Of a stretch of DNA of 64,000 bases, positions 24,625 to 38,139 are shown piece after piece. The stretch lies in contig OZ024745.1 of NCBI GenBank assembly GCA_964016885.1, forward strand, positions 15,686,001 to 15,750,000. The letters are read 5' to 3'. The notes under the pieces are model-generated. The model was not told the origin of the DNA, searched no databases, and saw nothing but the letters and a program-made list of their open reading frames with translations. Position 1 is the stretch's first letter; each line of letters begins with the position of its first letter. The translations under genes were made by a program, and so were the position numbers. The stretch is from Eledone cirrhosa (Eukaryota).

Positions 24625-26480
24625 CTGGAAACAAAAGAAAAGAATTTTATTAAAATAGTAATGAATCAATAAAATAGGCTTTAACTCTTAAAAACAGCAA
24701 CCCAGTCAAAATTAGTTGTTTCTGCCTTCAAATTTAGGTTCAAATGTTGGGGTGAAATTGCATTATTACATGAGATATGAATTTCAGTATAGTTAAATAT
24801 TTGCCTTATGCTAAAAGATGATGTCATAAGCATTGATTAGTTTGGTAATTAAAATACAAAGGCAACATATTTGTGTTAGAAATATGGATATGGGTTGAAT
24901 TGTTAGTCTCTCAGGATATATAAATTTCGACAAACTAGTTCTCCATATACCCAAAATATTATCTATAAAAGGTCATCATTTTAGTGAAATCAATAACATT
25001 TTAAGCTATCAATATATATGCAATTATATACATATATTCATATATATATATATAATTTACAAATCTTAGTTATATATTTACGGTATAAGCTACTAATAGA
25101 TAAATATTAATGAGAAATAGAATTAAAATCAACTGACTGAAAGTAAGTACAAATTGTAATATTTTGCAACCATGAAGAGAAAAGTTTTATTAAAATTGTT
25201 TTTCACTTTACACCAAAATTTGAAAGATGATCTGAATATATATTAAACTAAAAAAATACAAATTATCCATGCCAAAAATAAATCTCTTTTATATCATCCT
25301 TTCTTCATAAAGTAAGTTTTTTTCATTAACATCGATCTAACATGAATATGGCTCTTCCCTAAGAAAATCTTTTATCACTTTTCTTTAAAATATAAATAAG
25401 AAATATTCTGACAGTGACTCATCAAACTTGGAAATAATAGCTAATTATTTCAGAATATTTTTCAGTAAAAATTAAAAAAAAAAAAAATAGGTAAAATATC
25501 AACACAAGAAAAGTATCTTCTCAACCACGTGATAAATATTGTCAGAAAATTTGAAAAAAAATCAGTCACTATAATGGTTTTTAATTTAGAGATACGGTCA
25601 ATATTGTAATTTGGGGAGCAGGGGCAAAATCATCCCCCAGCACTTAACTGATACTAGGAAAGATGAGAGGCTATGGCCACATCATTGTGGTAAAGTCATA
25701 GCATAAAGAACTGGAACAAATACCACATAGATTAGAAGAATTGTTAAAAAAAACTTTAGGCAAAATGCTATCATTGTTGGTAACTGTAATACTAACTATA
25801 AATTGTTATACATGTCGTGAGATGACATCAATGTCATACCTAAGGAGGAGACACTTATAGACAATACAATATACAGCAGCAGCAGTAATAGATCTGACTT
25901 TACTCATTTAATCATGATAAATACTAAAAAAAAAAGTGTTAAAATGCATTGCTGCAATTAAAATATCACCAAGTGCTGATAGACTTGCAATAGATAAAAT
26001 AAAATGAAAAAGAATTTACTAATCAATATTAGCATATTGGGTAAATATTTCTTGGCACTTTGACAGACAATATCAAACTGTGAAACCATTTAGTAGATGA
26101 AAATATTGATTCTTTCTGATTGCAGCTGAATGGCAAATATATTTGAGAATTTAGTTAATTAGTTAGAACAAACAATGCTACAGTTTTAGAGGACTGCTAG
26201 TCTCTAAGTAGATGAAAGATGAAAGACAAATGAAACAATGTCTACTAGTTCACAGAGACCAATATCACTGATACCATAGATACACAACTATTCTACCAGC
26301 TAACCAATCAACATTGAGTCAAATCAGTTCCAATCAACACTTAACTATAATTGCATAACAAGTAAACTGATTAAAACTAACTCAAGATGATGACTAGCCT
26401 GTGATTTACAAAGACATTGCATACAAGATATTATCTTTAGATATCCACTTTACTTCTATTACAAATAATTATTTTGAATT

Positions 26481-26622
26481 ACTGGTACTTTATGTTATCA
26501 ACCCTCGTGAGGTTGAAAGGCAAAACTAACAGTGGCATGATTTGAAATCAGAATGTAAAGCGCCGTAACCCCATGCCACAGAGCATGTTAAACACTCTAC
26601 TAATACTGCCAATCCACCACCC
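26481..26622 (-). mobile_element. Degenerate SINE, same family as 21336
   Basis: actggtacttta..tgaaaggcaaa..ctgccaatccaccacc. Confidence 0.7.
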
Positions 26623-27289
26623 TTCTATGCCAGATAATAATAATTTCTTTATTAATCACAACACATTCTATGCAAGTCATTGACACAGTGAGCTGTAATT
26701 CAGCTTGCAGCTGTGACTATAGTTTGACTACAGGTTGTCATGAAAAGAAACTAATCATGCCAATATGAATGACATGACCACCTTGACTATAGAAGGGGGA
26801 ATTGTTTCTAAATATTTTGTTCAGATTTTTTTTAAATGGTAAAATATAAATGTACACTAAAACGAGTTGTAAACTGAACAATGTAAAATATATTGTGGCA
26901 GAATAGTGACAGCATGTTACATAGCAACTGTTGCAATTGTTTACTAAACATAGAAAGGTTAATCACACCTAATTTTATAAACGTGTGTGTATGTATGAAT
27001 ATGTGTCTGTATATGTGTGTGTGTATCTATATATATATCCAATTTCAAACACTACACAAAAGATGCCACCAATTCTATGCAAAGTTTCAGGTTCCGAGAG
27101 GAAATGATTGCTTGAAAATTGTGAAAAGCAAGATAGGTTAAGGAGCTTCAACAAGCATAGATTGGTAGCTGGAAGAACAATTAAGAATTCAAATAATGAT
27201 ATGACAGTAGATAGTTGTTAGAAAGCAAGGATATTTTTAGAGGTAGGCTAAGGTGTCAGTTGGAAATAGAAGTGTTTAGATTCTACATA

Positions 27290-27333
<44 letters not shown>

Positions 27334-28969
27334 CAATATTAATAGCAACAATTATGTTTCAACAATTTAAGTGGGATGACAAAAATTATATAATTCTTTT
27401 TTGGTCTCAGCTATATTATTTAACCCTTTGAGATATCATTGGCAACTATTACAACCACAGTATTTGAATTTTCATATACTCCATTGCATAGGATTGTTCT
27501 TATATACACTAGTCGAAATGCTAACTACACATGCTGACAGTGAAAAATACTATCAAGATAACATTCCTATTCTGGAAAGAAAAGAAAACTAATTAAAATC
27601 AACTGGCTAAAGTTTGCTATGTACTGTTAAAACTGTGTCTATAAAACATTCAACGCCAATAAAAACGGCAGACTAGATAACAAAAATAGCTTTGTCTTTC
27701 TTCATAAGCTACAAAAAAATAAAAACAATATTTACATGTTTTTAATGCTTTGTCTGAACTGTTTTAGGGATGAAATTTAAAAAATGTTTTCGTGTAATGT
27801 GAGTCAAAATGTGGAATCTTATAAAGAAAGTCTATAACAAAAGTTTCTGTTAAGCTTTGTCAGAGAGTAGGAAGATAAAGTAGCTTTGCTGGCTCAGTTA
27901 GATGACAATTATGGAAATGTTTGGGAGAAACAAAACACAAGATACTAACTAATTGTAATCCTACATATGGAATTATGAAACAATAAATTCTGAAGTTATG
28001 GTTCAAAATGAAATACAGCAACTATGTTCATGACAACATACAGAGATACTTCATAAAGAATGACAAGTATGACAAATGGTCACATGAAGTGGGTGCATAT
28101 GCACACACACACACTTTGAGTGATTTTTAGGAAAACCAGACACTTACAAAATTCTGCTCCATGACCATATTTAAAATGTAGATGTAATAAACAATTTCTG
28201 ATATATAAAAGCTATACTTGTCTTCGATCACTCAACCTCAATGTCACAATTTTGACATGAGAATAGACAGTTAATGTTACAATGGATGTGAGGTTTGGTC
28301 TAAATGTATATTTTATTACCAAATTACAAATGAACCAGTAGAAATAATTTCTATTAACATACTTTTAGACAATGGCCTAAATTTCAAGACTACATCTTAA
28401 TAAACAATGAACAAGTGTAGCTTACAAAGACTATAATTGATATACTATAATTTAGGAGTGACTGACTAGGAAGATGGACTAAATCAGAAGCCTAACAGAA
28501 CCCAATATAGCTTTAGTTATGTTGAAAAAGACTCATTTCATTAGCACCAAACTAAGCCAACAGACAACCACATTAAGAACTGTTTCATGTCAATAGATTT
28601 GGAGACAGTTTTAACTATATTATTTCATGTGTTAAAAAATTAATTCAATTATTAATACAATGATTAAAGCATTTTACTTTAACTTGTTCTTAAGCAGCAT
28701 AAGAAGATCACAAAGAACTGTAAAAGACCAAGAATATAGCAGACAAGTGTGTGTTTGTGTATATATATGTATGTGTATATATTTTTATATAAATACACAT
28801 ACACACATTCATATATATAGATGCACACACATGTATGTCTATATATGGGGTTTTATTTTTTTTTTTACTTTCGTGAAAACTAACTACACAACGACATGAG
28901 CAACAATCTATATATAATATCCCAATAACTTGCTGTTTAAAAAGACTACCAAAAAAATCAATACGATAC

Positions 28970-29002
28970 CTTTAGCCCCAAATCTGGGTACTCCGTTGAT
29001 AC
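28970..29002 (-). CDS. CELF2: Candidate 33-nt cassette exon in the CELF RRM1-RRM2 linker
   Basis: acceptor ttactttattttttag, exon GTATCAACGGAGTACCCAGATTTGGGGCTAAAG, donor gtatcg; stop-free in phase 1 (GINGVPRFGAK); no transcript evidence. Confidence 0.55.
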
Positions 29003-30817
29003 CTAAAAAATAAAGTAACCATTATATAGACAACTTTGACACTATAGTAAAGAACAGCACATCAAAGTGACGGAAACACAACCAGCAGCAATTTGGAATG
29101 ATGAGAGGAAAAATAATGTCCAAGACGTATTAAGAAAGTGTTATCAACAGAAAATTACTGATCTAACGGCTGAGAAGAACACAAAATTCATCAGGTTGAG
29201 ATTTTCAACATTTCATTTTATTCAAATAATTTCAATAGTATTTTTTTTTTTTTCTTTAAATTTATATTTCAACAAAGAAACTGTCAGCCAACAGGATATG
29301 AGTGACCACTGACATAATTTTTCACTATCTTGAACATTATCTTTTACTGATTTAAATAAACAAAGTATTCAGCTGTTGTCACAAATTGTTATGTTAATTT
29401 ACAGTCACCTTTTTACAACAATGTATAGATAGATAGATTGAACATCGGGTCAATACATCAAGTACAACTTTGGGAAATATTAAGGTAACATCAAACTAAT
29501 CTGTGTGATTATTATACCATTACATCAGTTCATACAAGTCTGGTGTTGGTGGTACATAGAAGAACAACAGTTTAAACAAAGTCTGGCAGTACTACACACA
29601 GAAGGTTATTATGGCTTTCAAGGAACAGTAACAAGGAGACAATTTGGCCAGCTGTAGTTTTCAAATGTATCATTTCTCTATTTAAATGGATGTTGACATA
29701 TATGCCTGCTGATCTAACAAACAATATAAATATCTGCTATTTTCTAAATATGTTCAGTGATTGCAAGACATCTCAAAGCTAAGGGAATGCCATAATCCAA
29801 AACTCTTTTCTCTATAAAACAAATCTCAACAGCCATAACAAACTAACATTTTCCAATCAGATTTTTGTAAGTCAATCTCATTGAAATTGGAAGGTGAAAG
29901 CATACAACAGCCTCTCAATATAGAGATGCCTCATTAATGACTTAAAATGTCTGTCTGATGGTGTGGATGGATATCCTCTCATCACATCACAGTCTAAAAT
30001 CAAAACAACATTCAGTGAAGTGGCAAATCCCCAAACTGGTGGACTGACTAAATAGTGTAACATTGAATCCAACTGGTCTGACAACTGATTCCTGAAAGCT
30101 ATGTGGGCTGTGGTCTGATATTGAACTGGGTTGATCTAATAGCTAGCTGTGGTTTGATATTGAACTGGGTTGATCTAATAGCTAAGTGAATTGATTGATA
30201 GATTGTGATGTGAGACGATCTATAAGTAATAGTCAGGTGGAATGTGACTTGAACTAGCTAGCAAGGTGGGTAGTAGGTTGATTGGTCAACTATGATGTGC
30301 CTATAACCAATAACTAAATTAATATAAACACATAACATAATATCTTATCTGCCAGTAATGGATTGACAACTCTTGATCCGTAATGGGTAAGAAAATAACC
30401 TGAACTACATGGCTGCTATTTTACTAGACTACATAACAGAAAAAGCAGTCTAGAAATATTGTTGACTGATTAAGATTGGACAACTGATATAGGTGCAAGT
30501 TTTTCTATTGTTTTGCAAGATTCTTGTGTTGAAACATGATGTACTTAAGGAGGATCATATTGCTCATTATAAAACACACACACCACACACAGTGGTTATA
30601 GTGGTTATTTTTCACTCTGGTTCTGACACAAAAACTATTTATTTTCTAGTGTTTCTATCTAAAAGATACCCATAATTTTATCTAAGGACTTCAAGTTGTT
30701 CCAAACAGCAGCTTAAAAATGAGAAAGTTATGACTAAATCCCTCAAAATTCTTTTTTTTTTTGTTTTTTTGTAAATCATAAGGTTAACAGATGATCATTG
30801 AAGATATATATATATAT

Positions 30818-30852
<35 letters not shown>

Positions 30853-32067
30853 ATACACCATCATTTAATGTCCATTTTCCATTCTAACATGGATTAGCAA
30901 GAACAAGAACCACCTACACTGTTAAGTCTTCATTCATATCTACCTTTACACAACCATATTAAATAGCAAATTAGGGATTCATATTTTAAAAACCCTTAAC
31001 TCAATATTCTAATTCACTGAAGATGCTTCACAGAATGATACAGAAATTTGAGCCATTGTTGAATCTTGCTGGGAAAAGTAAACAAAGCAGTATGCTTGGC
31101 TTATTTTCATATTTGAGTCAAGAATATCAAAACTTCAACCTCTCTATCATTACTAATTAGTATAGTATACAACTATGGCACTATATATATGGCTACAATA
31201 CCACAAGTGGATATTAATGATTCTACATACAATACCAGTATGAATTGGTTTTTAAAGTAAATTGTTTTATATTTAATTTGTTGAAAACATTTTAAAATTT
31301 CTAAATTGCAAACAATTACTCAATTGGGATTTCTATCATTAAAACAACCAAGAAACCTATGAGATGTAACCTCATAGGAAGCAAGCTAGACATACAATGG
31401 TGTAAGCAGTAACAACGCCACCAACACAAAAGAAAAGAGCAAAAAAGAGGAATCCAAATATAAAGAATGGTACAACAGTGTATATTTAGCTTCAATAATG
31501 TTTACATTATAGCAGCTGCAGTTAGGAGAAAGCAAGAGAGAGAAAAAATATAGGTAGAACATATCACACTGAAAAAAAAAAAAACTAGTTCCTAGCAACT
31601 ACAATATCAAACATTGTTATTTGATAATATAAAAAGGATTTACAAGCACTTATTCCAGGGAGACAGTAAATGATAAACACATTTTTGATATTCTAAGGGG
31701 TTGATTGCTAAGAGACATTTATCTGGACAACTGATTGAAAACATTCCATACTATTACTACCACTGCAGACCAATTTCTAGCTATTATTAGTAGAGCCAGA
31801 CACCACTCCATTGCTTTATATTTCAATGGGGAACTAATCATTTTATGATATATACTACATATTTCCCTGTATCAAATATTTCTAATATTCTATAAACCAA
31901 GGACAATTCATCATTTGCCCTTTATAAAAAAAATACTTCTAGTGTTTTCATACTCTCTAAACATCCTACATTCGGAAATCTGAAGAAAAAATGAGGTATA
32001 GAGATTTAAATAGGCTGTGATAGTTTATACCTATGCCTATTATTTAGTGACACATATATATATATAT

Positions 32068-32576
32068 ATTGTTATACTTGGGGAGGGTCATATTGTTGTA
32101 ATAATATTGCCAGAAATAACAACACAACACACTCACTGTTGGGTTGGTTTTCGTTTGTGTATCTTTTATATCTCCACAGTTAATTCATTTGGCCATCAAT
32201 GTTTATCACTGACTGACCAACGGTCAAAAATACAGATATAAATACATATATATAGTCTAACAAAGTTCTTTCGTTGCACATCTGCAACATCGTCAGTGAC
32301 AATATATGTTTCCTCCCGTTGTATTGTATGTCTACGCCAAAAATGGCGATGTTGCAGATGTGCAACGAAAGAACTTTGTTAGACTATATATATGTATTTA
32401 TATCTGTATTTTTGACCGTTGGTCAGTCAGTGATAAACATTGATGGCCAAATGAATTAACTATGGAGATATAAAAGATACAGAAACGAAAACCAACCCAA
32501 CAGTGAGTGTGTTGTGTTGTGTTGTTATTTCTGGCAATATTATTACAACAATATGACCCTCCCCAAGTATAACAAT
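32068..32576. mobile_element. Penelope-like pseudo-LTR pair in inverted orientation (~225-bp arms)
   Basis: 32068-32292 is the reverse complement of 32347-32576 (2 substitutions, one 5-nt indel); homologous to the 62375-62655 end of the GIY-YIG element. Confidence 0.85.
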
Positions 32577-32621
32577 GTTTCGACACACGATTTCATATCA
32601 AAAACCTTATATATATATATC

Positions 32622-32950
32622 GGAGGCACATGGCTTAGTGGTTAGAGCATTGGGCTTGCAATCGGAAGGTTGTGAGTTCAATTATCAGACCGAGTGATGT
32701 GTTGTTTCCTTGAGCAAGACACTTTATTTCACATTGCTCCAGTTTACTCAGCTGTAGAAATGAAATGATAGGGACTGGGGTCCCTATCATTTCACTGCAA
32801 AGTGGTCGTGGAGGTGCCACGGCAAAAAAGCACCCACCACTCACTGTAAATGAGGTTGGTGTTAGGAATGGCATCCAGCTACAGAATCAGTTCCCGTCCC
32901 ACTCTTGCAAGCAGGGAAAAGTGGACGTAAAATGAAATGATGAAATGATG
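32622..32950 (+). mobile_element. Near full-length tRNA-derived SINE
   Basis: A-box tggcttagtgg, B-box gagttcaatt, body gtgttgtttccttgagcaagacac, tail gtggacgtaaaatgaaatgatg. Confidence 0.85.
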
Positions 32951-33426
32951 ATATATGTGTCTGTGTAAATTATATATATATATTTATTTAAACAAAGAAA
33001 AAGAATGACTTCACTTGTAGTTCTAAACAATGTAATTTAATTTTATATTATAATTTTACAATTTGGATTTGTAGATCTAGTTTATATATACACACACAAA
33101 CAAAGGTGACAATTATATGGATATAGTTAAACAGTTCAAAATATCCACCACAAATCAAATATAGAAGTTGAGGCAAAAAATTGAATATGCCCTAAATCCT
33201 AAATGTTTTTACATAGATTTGATTCTTAACATCCTGTTCCACACGAAACCACATTAAGTAAGAGTCTTAAACAACACCATGGTTAAATTGCATAAAAAAT
33301 TTTTTTTGATCTTTTAGTTTACTGGAAATCTTCGCAACAATTTCTCTACTTTTAAAGATAATATAAACATTTGAATTAACAAAAGTTTTTTTTAGATATT
33401 TTCTGTGAAATCATTACAGGACGTTA

Positions 33427-33856
33427 TCTATATATCTAAAACAGAGAATGTCTCTCTGCTTGACTCCCTAAAACTTGAGAACAACCTAACCGACTTTCTT
33501 CAAACTTTACACATGTAATACTTATGGCCCTGTGAGTGTTTTGGGCAAAAAAAATTTTTTTAATTTCCAATGCCCTTGGGACCGCATTAGGCGATTTAGC
33601 GTTCTCACTCTATAATTCTTAGTCTTTCTTTTTAGATAGATACATAGATATAACGTTGCACCCTTATAATATCTGTCTATGTCTGGCTGTCTGCATTAAG
33701 ACATATTACGACGCTGTGTGTGTGTGTGTGTGTATATATAGTGTAACGTTCTTCGAAATATTTACTTCTGCATTCACAGATTGATTTTTTTTTTAGTTTC
33801 AGAAGATCCCGTTAAGGGTGAAAGCAGCGATTCTTTGCTTCAACTTTAATCTGTTA

Positions 33857-33917
<61 letters not shown>

Positions 33918-34056
33918 GTGTACAGATATTTTTGCATACACAATAACAAAAATATAAACAAACGTATTTATTTCACAAGGCTTGATAAGGATAAATATAT
34001 ATCAAATATATAAGAACCCTAGAGCAATCCCGAGCAATGCCAGGCCATTCTGCTAG
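33427..34056 (+). mobile_element. Short non-autonomous Helitron
   Basis: A|TCTATATATCTAAAA start, cccgagcaatgccagg subterminal hairpin remnant, CTAG|T end; agatcccgttaagggtgaaagcagcgattctttgctt shared with 18708-18745. Confidence 0.85.
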
Positions 34057-35754
34057 TGAGTTTAAAATTGACTTTAAAATATAGAAACATTTCATATTAC
34101 ATTTTAGATTTGTGCAAAAACTATACTCTTTACCAGAACCCCGCTCTCATACCTAAAGTAGCCATTGAACTTGAATTTTACAAGAGGCCGTTTATGAGTC
34201 ATTAAAACAGGGTTAAAAAAACATTGCCAGAATTCTAGTCATATAAATATATTTTCTTACAATCATATTTTACAAAACAGAGGGGAGAAGATAGTAAGAG
34301 AGATAGAGATTGAACCTATAGGTTGAAGGAGGAGTATACATACTGACCTAAGTGGCAGATAAGGTGTGAGAGATATATAAAGAGGCAGTGAGATGCCTAT
34401 AGAGAGAGCACATATGCATGCACACACGTAATTGTTAGGTGTTGAGACAAGAGTGTAAAATATTTGTACAGAGTTTAGGTTTACTTTTCACACTTCATTA
34501 TTTTTCACAAATGAAATAAATGTCTGAAAATATTCCATTTCTTCCTTTTTCTCAAATCACTGCTTTAGCTAATACTATACAAAATTTGTAGTGTGAGCAA
34601 TATAGTGGATCATTTTAGTCAAACACAGAGGTTGTTGATTTATTCATTTATACGCTTTATTTTCCAACTGTTACCTACAGTAGCCAACATATACTCCAAA
34701 AATTTACCTCGTCATAACACATACCACTCTAGAGAGAGTGAGAGAGAGAGAGAAAGAAAGGAGAGCGCAAAAGAGAAAGCTAATATAGAGAGCAAACCAA
34801 GAAAAGTATATAGTGCTGGTTGCAACACATAGCAGGAAAGTGTTACTGCTTTTCAGCTGACAGAAGTGGCAATCTGAACAGTGAGCTGTAAAATACCACC
34901 ACAAGCATTTAATCAAATATGGAGTATAGAAAGACCGAGGGAGTTGTAGTAATAGATTAGAGAGGTAGCAAGATTATGTGACACCATAAGGCACAGTATG
35001 AACAGATAAATCTCAATAGATAACACAATGTGACACCACAGAACACAATAGGACAACCAGATCACAACAGATACAGTATGATACTAGATAAGTGACACAT
35101 TGTGATAATATGAACAGCTATAATATAAAATATCTCATAGGTTTCAGTCAAAAATCTCTTAATGGAAATGTCACCAGAGTAAATAACTATTCAACTGTCA
35201 TCATTCTCTAGAACGAGAAACACCATTTCTGTAGAGAACAAAGATAAACACTGGAGTAAATCCATTCACAAATCTTGAAATAATTAGATCTCTAATTGAA
35301 AATATTCGCTTTCAATCTAATCCGGATTATGTATCAAAAGTTTTCCAGAGATATGAATACTGGAGAAATAGGAGGAAGGTAGAGAAGATAGAGGAGGAGT
35401 AGTGTTTTCACTTCATTCTAGATTGAATGGAAGTGAACAAATTGCTTGATATCAGATAATTATTGACATCCTTTACAAATATCTTATGTTTGAAATAAAA
35501 GGTTTTAAGAAGCTCAGCACGAAATATGAGAGAAACAGCATCAATTCCTGTATAAAAACTAGATATCACAGCTCGTTACTATAGCAACAACAGATGAAGA
35601 CAGTTCAAGATTATGTCAGAAAAGTGGAAATATGACAGACACTTGGCTAATCTACAGCAAAGCAAAACAAAGTAATCAAAACTACATTTACTTGTTATAC
35701 AGGTCAGGAGGTGGTGGCTTTTTAAGTCAAAATTTCATATCGTTCTACATCAGT

Positions 35755-35961
35755 TACATATATATACATACATATACAAACATATATATATATATACACA
35801 TACATATACACACACATATACATATACATACATACAAATATATATATATCGTTTCTGAATTTGTTTAGCAAGATTCTTTATGACCCTCCCAAAGTATATA
35901 TATATATACATACATACATACAAATATATATATACATACATACACACAAATATATATATAT

Positions 35962-36014
<53 letters not shown>

Positions 36015-36552
36015 TACATACAAATATATATACTATATATATATATACATACCAAATATATATATATATACATACATACAAATATATATATATATATATG
36101 CATACAAATATACATACATACAAATATATATATATATACACATACATACATACAAATATATATACATACATACAAATATACCCATGCTAGCGTGGAAGAT
36201 GGACGTTAAACGATGATGATGATACATATATATAAATAAATAAATAAAAATATATATATATATATATACACATACATATAAATAAATAAATAAATAAATA
36301 AATACAAATATATACATACATACATGCACACACATATATATTATACATACACGCACACATATATATACATACACACAAATATATATAATATATATACATA
36401 CAAATATATATAATATACATACATACACACATACAAATATATATAATATACATACATATAAATATATACAATATACATACATACATACATACACACATAC
36501 AAATATATATAATATACAATACATATAAATATATACATACATATATATCTAT
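35755..36552. repeat. Compound TA/CA/TACA microsatellite running into the gap
   Basis: Directly visible; contains a SINE tail at ~36181-36223. Confidence 0.9.
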
Positions 36553-36752
36553 NNNNNNNNNNNNNNNNNNNNNNNNNNNNNNNNNNNNNNNNNNNNNNNN
36601 NNNNNNNNNNNNNNNNNNNNNNNNNNNNNNNNNNNNNNNNNNNNNNNNNNNNNNNNNNNNNNNNNNNNNNNNNNNNNNNNNNNNNNNNNNNNNNNNNNNN
36701 NNNNNNNNNNNNNNNNNNNNNNNNNNNNNNNNNNNNNNNNNNNNNNNNNNNN
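36553..36752. other. Assembly gap (200 N)
   Basis: Exactly 200 N between two microsatellites; a round number suggests a scaffolding placeholder of unknown true size. Confidence 0.99.
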
Positions 36753-36769
36753 GAGAGAGAGAGAGAGTC

Positions 36770-37270
36770 GGAAGGACAACATGTTGACACGGGAGGGTGT
36801 GTGGGTATTTTTGCAGTGGAGTGGTGGGGGCAGGTATACCTAGCCGGCGCCAACTGGACGGGCCAGAGAGTATATAGATATGTGTGTGTGAGTGTGTATA
36901 AACTAGCGTTCGTTGTCATTTTCTCTCTGCCTCTTTCTCCGTGTCTCTCTCTCTCTTTAGATGTATGTGTGTGTGTGTGTGTGTGTGTGCAATTTTTGTG
37001 TGATTAAACCAACCAACCAACCAATCAACCAAGAAACATCTCTCTTTTATATATATATATATATACATCTCTCTTATATATATATATATAGTAATAATAA
37101 TAATTGTGAAGACTAAAATCCAAAGAGGGCTCGATAAGGATAAATATATATCAAATAATATAAGAACCCTAGAGCAAATATTTATTAAAATAACAGATTA
37201 AAGTTTAAGCAAAGAATCGCTGCTTTCACCCTTAACGGGATCTGCTCAAACTTTAATCTGTTATTTTTAA
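36770..37270. mobile_element. Rearranged Helitron fragments
   Basis: ggtatacctagccggcgcca (~36832) resembles the 17754 3' end; gataaggataaatatatatcaaa..aagaaccctagagcaa and aagcaaagaatcgctgctttcacccttaacgggatct match 33427-34056 in both orientations. Confidence 0.7.
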
Positions 37271-37294
37271 TTTATATATATATATATATTTTTT

Positions 37295-37414
37295 GAATAT
37301 TAATAATAGCATTCGATTCGTTTGCAATTATGCAAACAAGCCTCATTTTTATAGCCATAAAAATGAGGCTTGTTTGCATAATTGCAAACGAATCGAATGT
37401 TATTATTAATATTC
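37295..37414. repeat. Near-perfect palindrome, 58-bp arms, 4-nt loop
   Basis: gaatattaataatagcattcgattcg..cctcatttttat agcc ataaaaatgagg..cgaatcgaatgttattattaatattc. Confidence 0.92.
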
Positions 37415-38014
37415 GAAAAACACAGATTACATTTATTGTATTCAGCCATGTAGAGCGAAAATTTTTCTCTTTTTATTTGAATTTGGCAAAGCCGGCCATT
37501 TATCGCTCGTATACAGGAAATTGACTGACCAGTCTGCTGATATGAAAATCTGGCTGATCAGTGGTTCTGCTAATATGCAGATATGACTGATCAGCCAGTC
37601 TGCTAATATGCAAATCAGGCTGATCAGTCACGGTATGTTTTAGAAAATACATATATTTTCGCTAGCTCTGACAGTTTGGCAGGTGAACAGTGAGATGTAC
37701 TGATGAAGGGTGATACTCAGAAAAATTAGTGTCTGCAGTTCTGTTCACATGCCAAAACAAGAGCAAGAATGGAGTGTTCATTCTACTGGCTATAAAAATG
37801 AGGCTTGTTTGCATAATTGCAAACGAATCGAATGTTATTATTCAAATCCCGCCGAGGTTGACTTTGCCTTTCATCCTTACGGGGTCGATAAAATAAAGTA
37901 CCAGTAATGCACTGGGTAATTGCTGGCCTTGTGCCTAAAGTAGAAACAATTATTAATATTCGAAAAACTCAGATTACCTTTATTGTATATTCAGCCATGT
38001 AGAGCGAAAATTTT

Positions 38015-38075
<61 letters not shown>

Positions 38076-38139
38076 AAAGGTAAACAGAAATAACAACACA
38101 ATCGGTACAGTATATGGAAGGTATATATTAGGTTACACT

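Noticed and set aside
28141-28210. GTAAGT donor with an upstream CAG on the minus strand
   Set aside because: Poor exonic donor context (TTT|GT), weak pyrimidine tract and AT-rich content; likely chance.
30107-30184. 39-bp tandem duplication (also short triplication at ~10695-10752)
   Set aside because: Ordinary slippage duplications with no further structure.
32622-32695. tRNA-like sequence with A and B boxes (also ~17330 and ~21340)
   Set aside because: SINE heads: no complete cloverleaf, and they continue into SINE bodies and tails.
36341-36919. ORFs containing runs of X
   Set aside because: They span the N gap.
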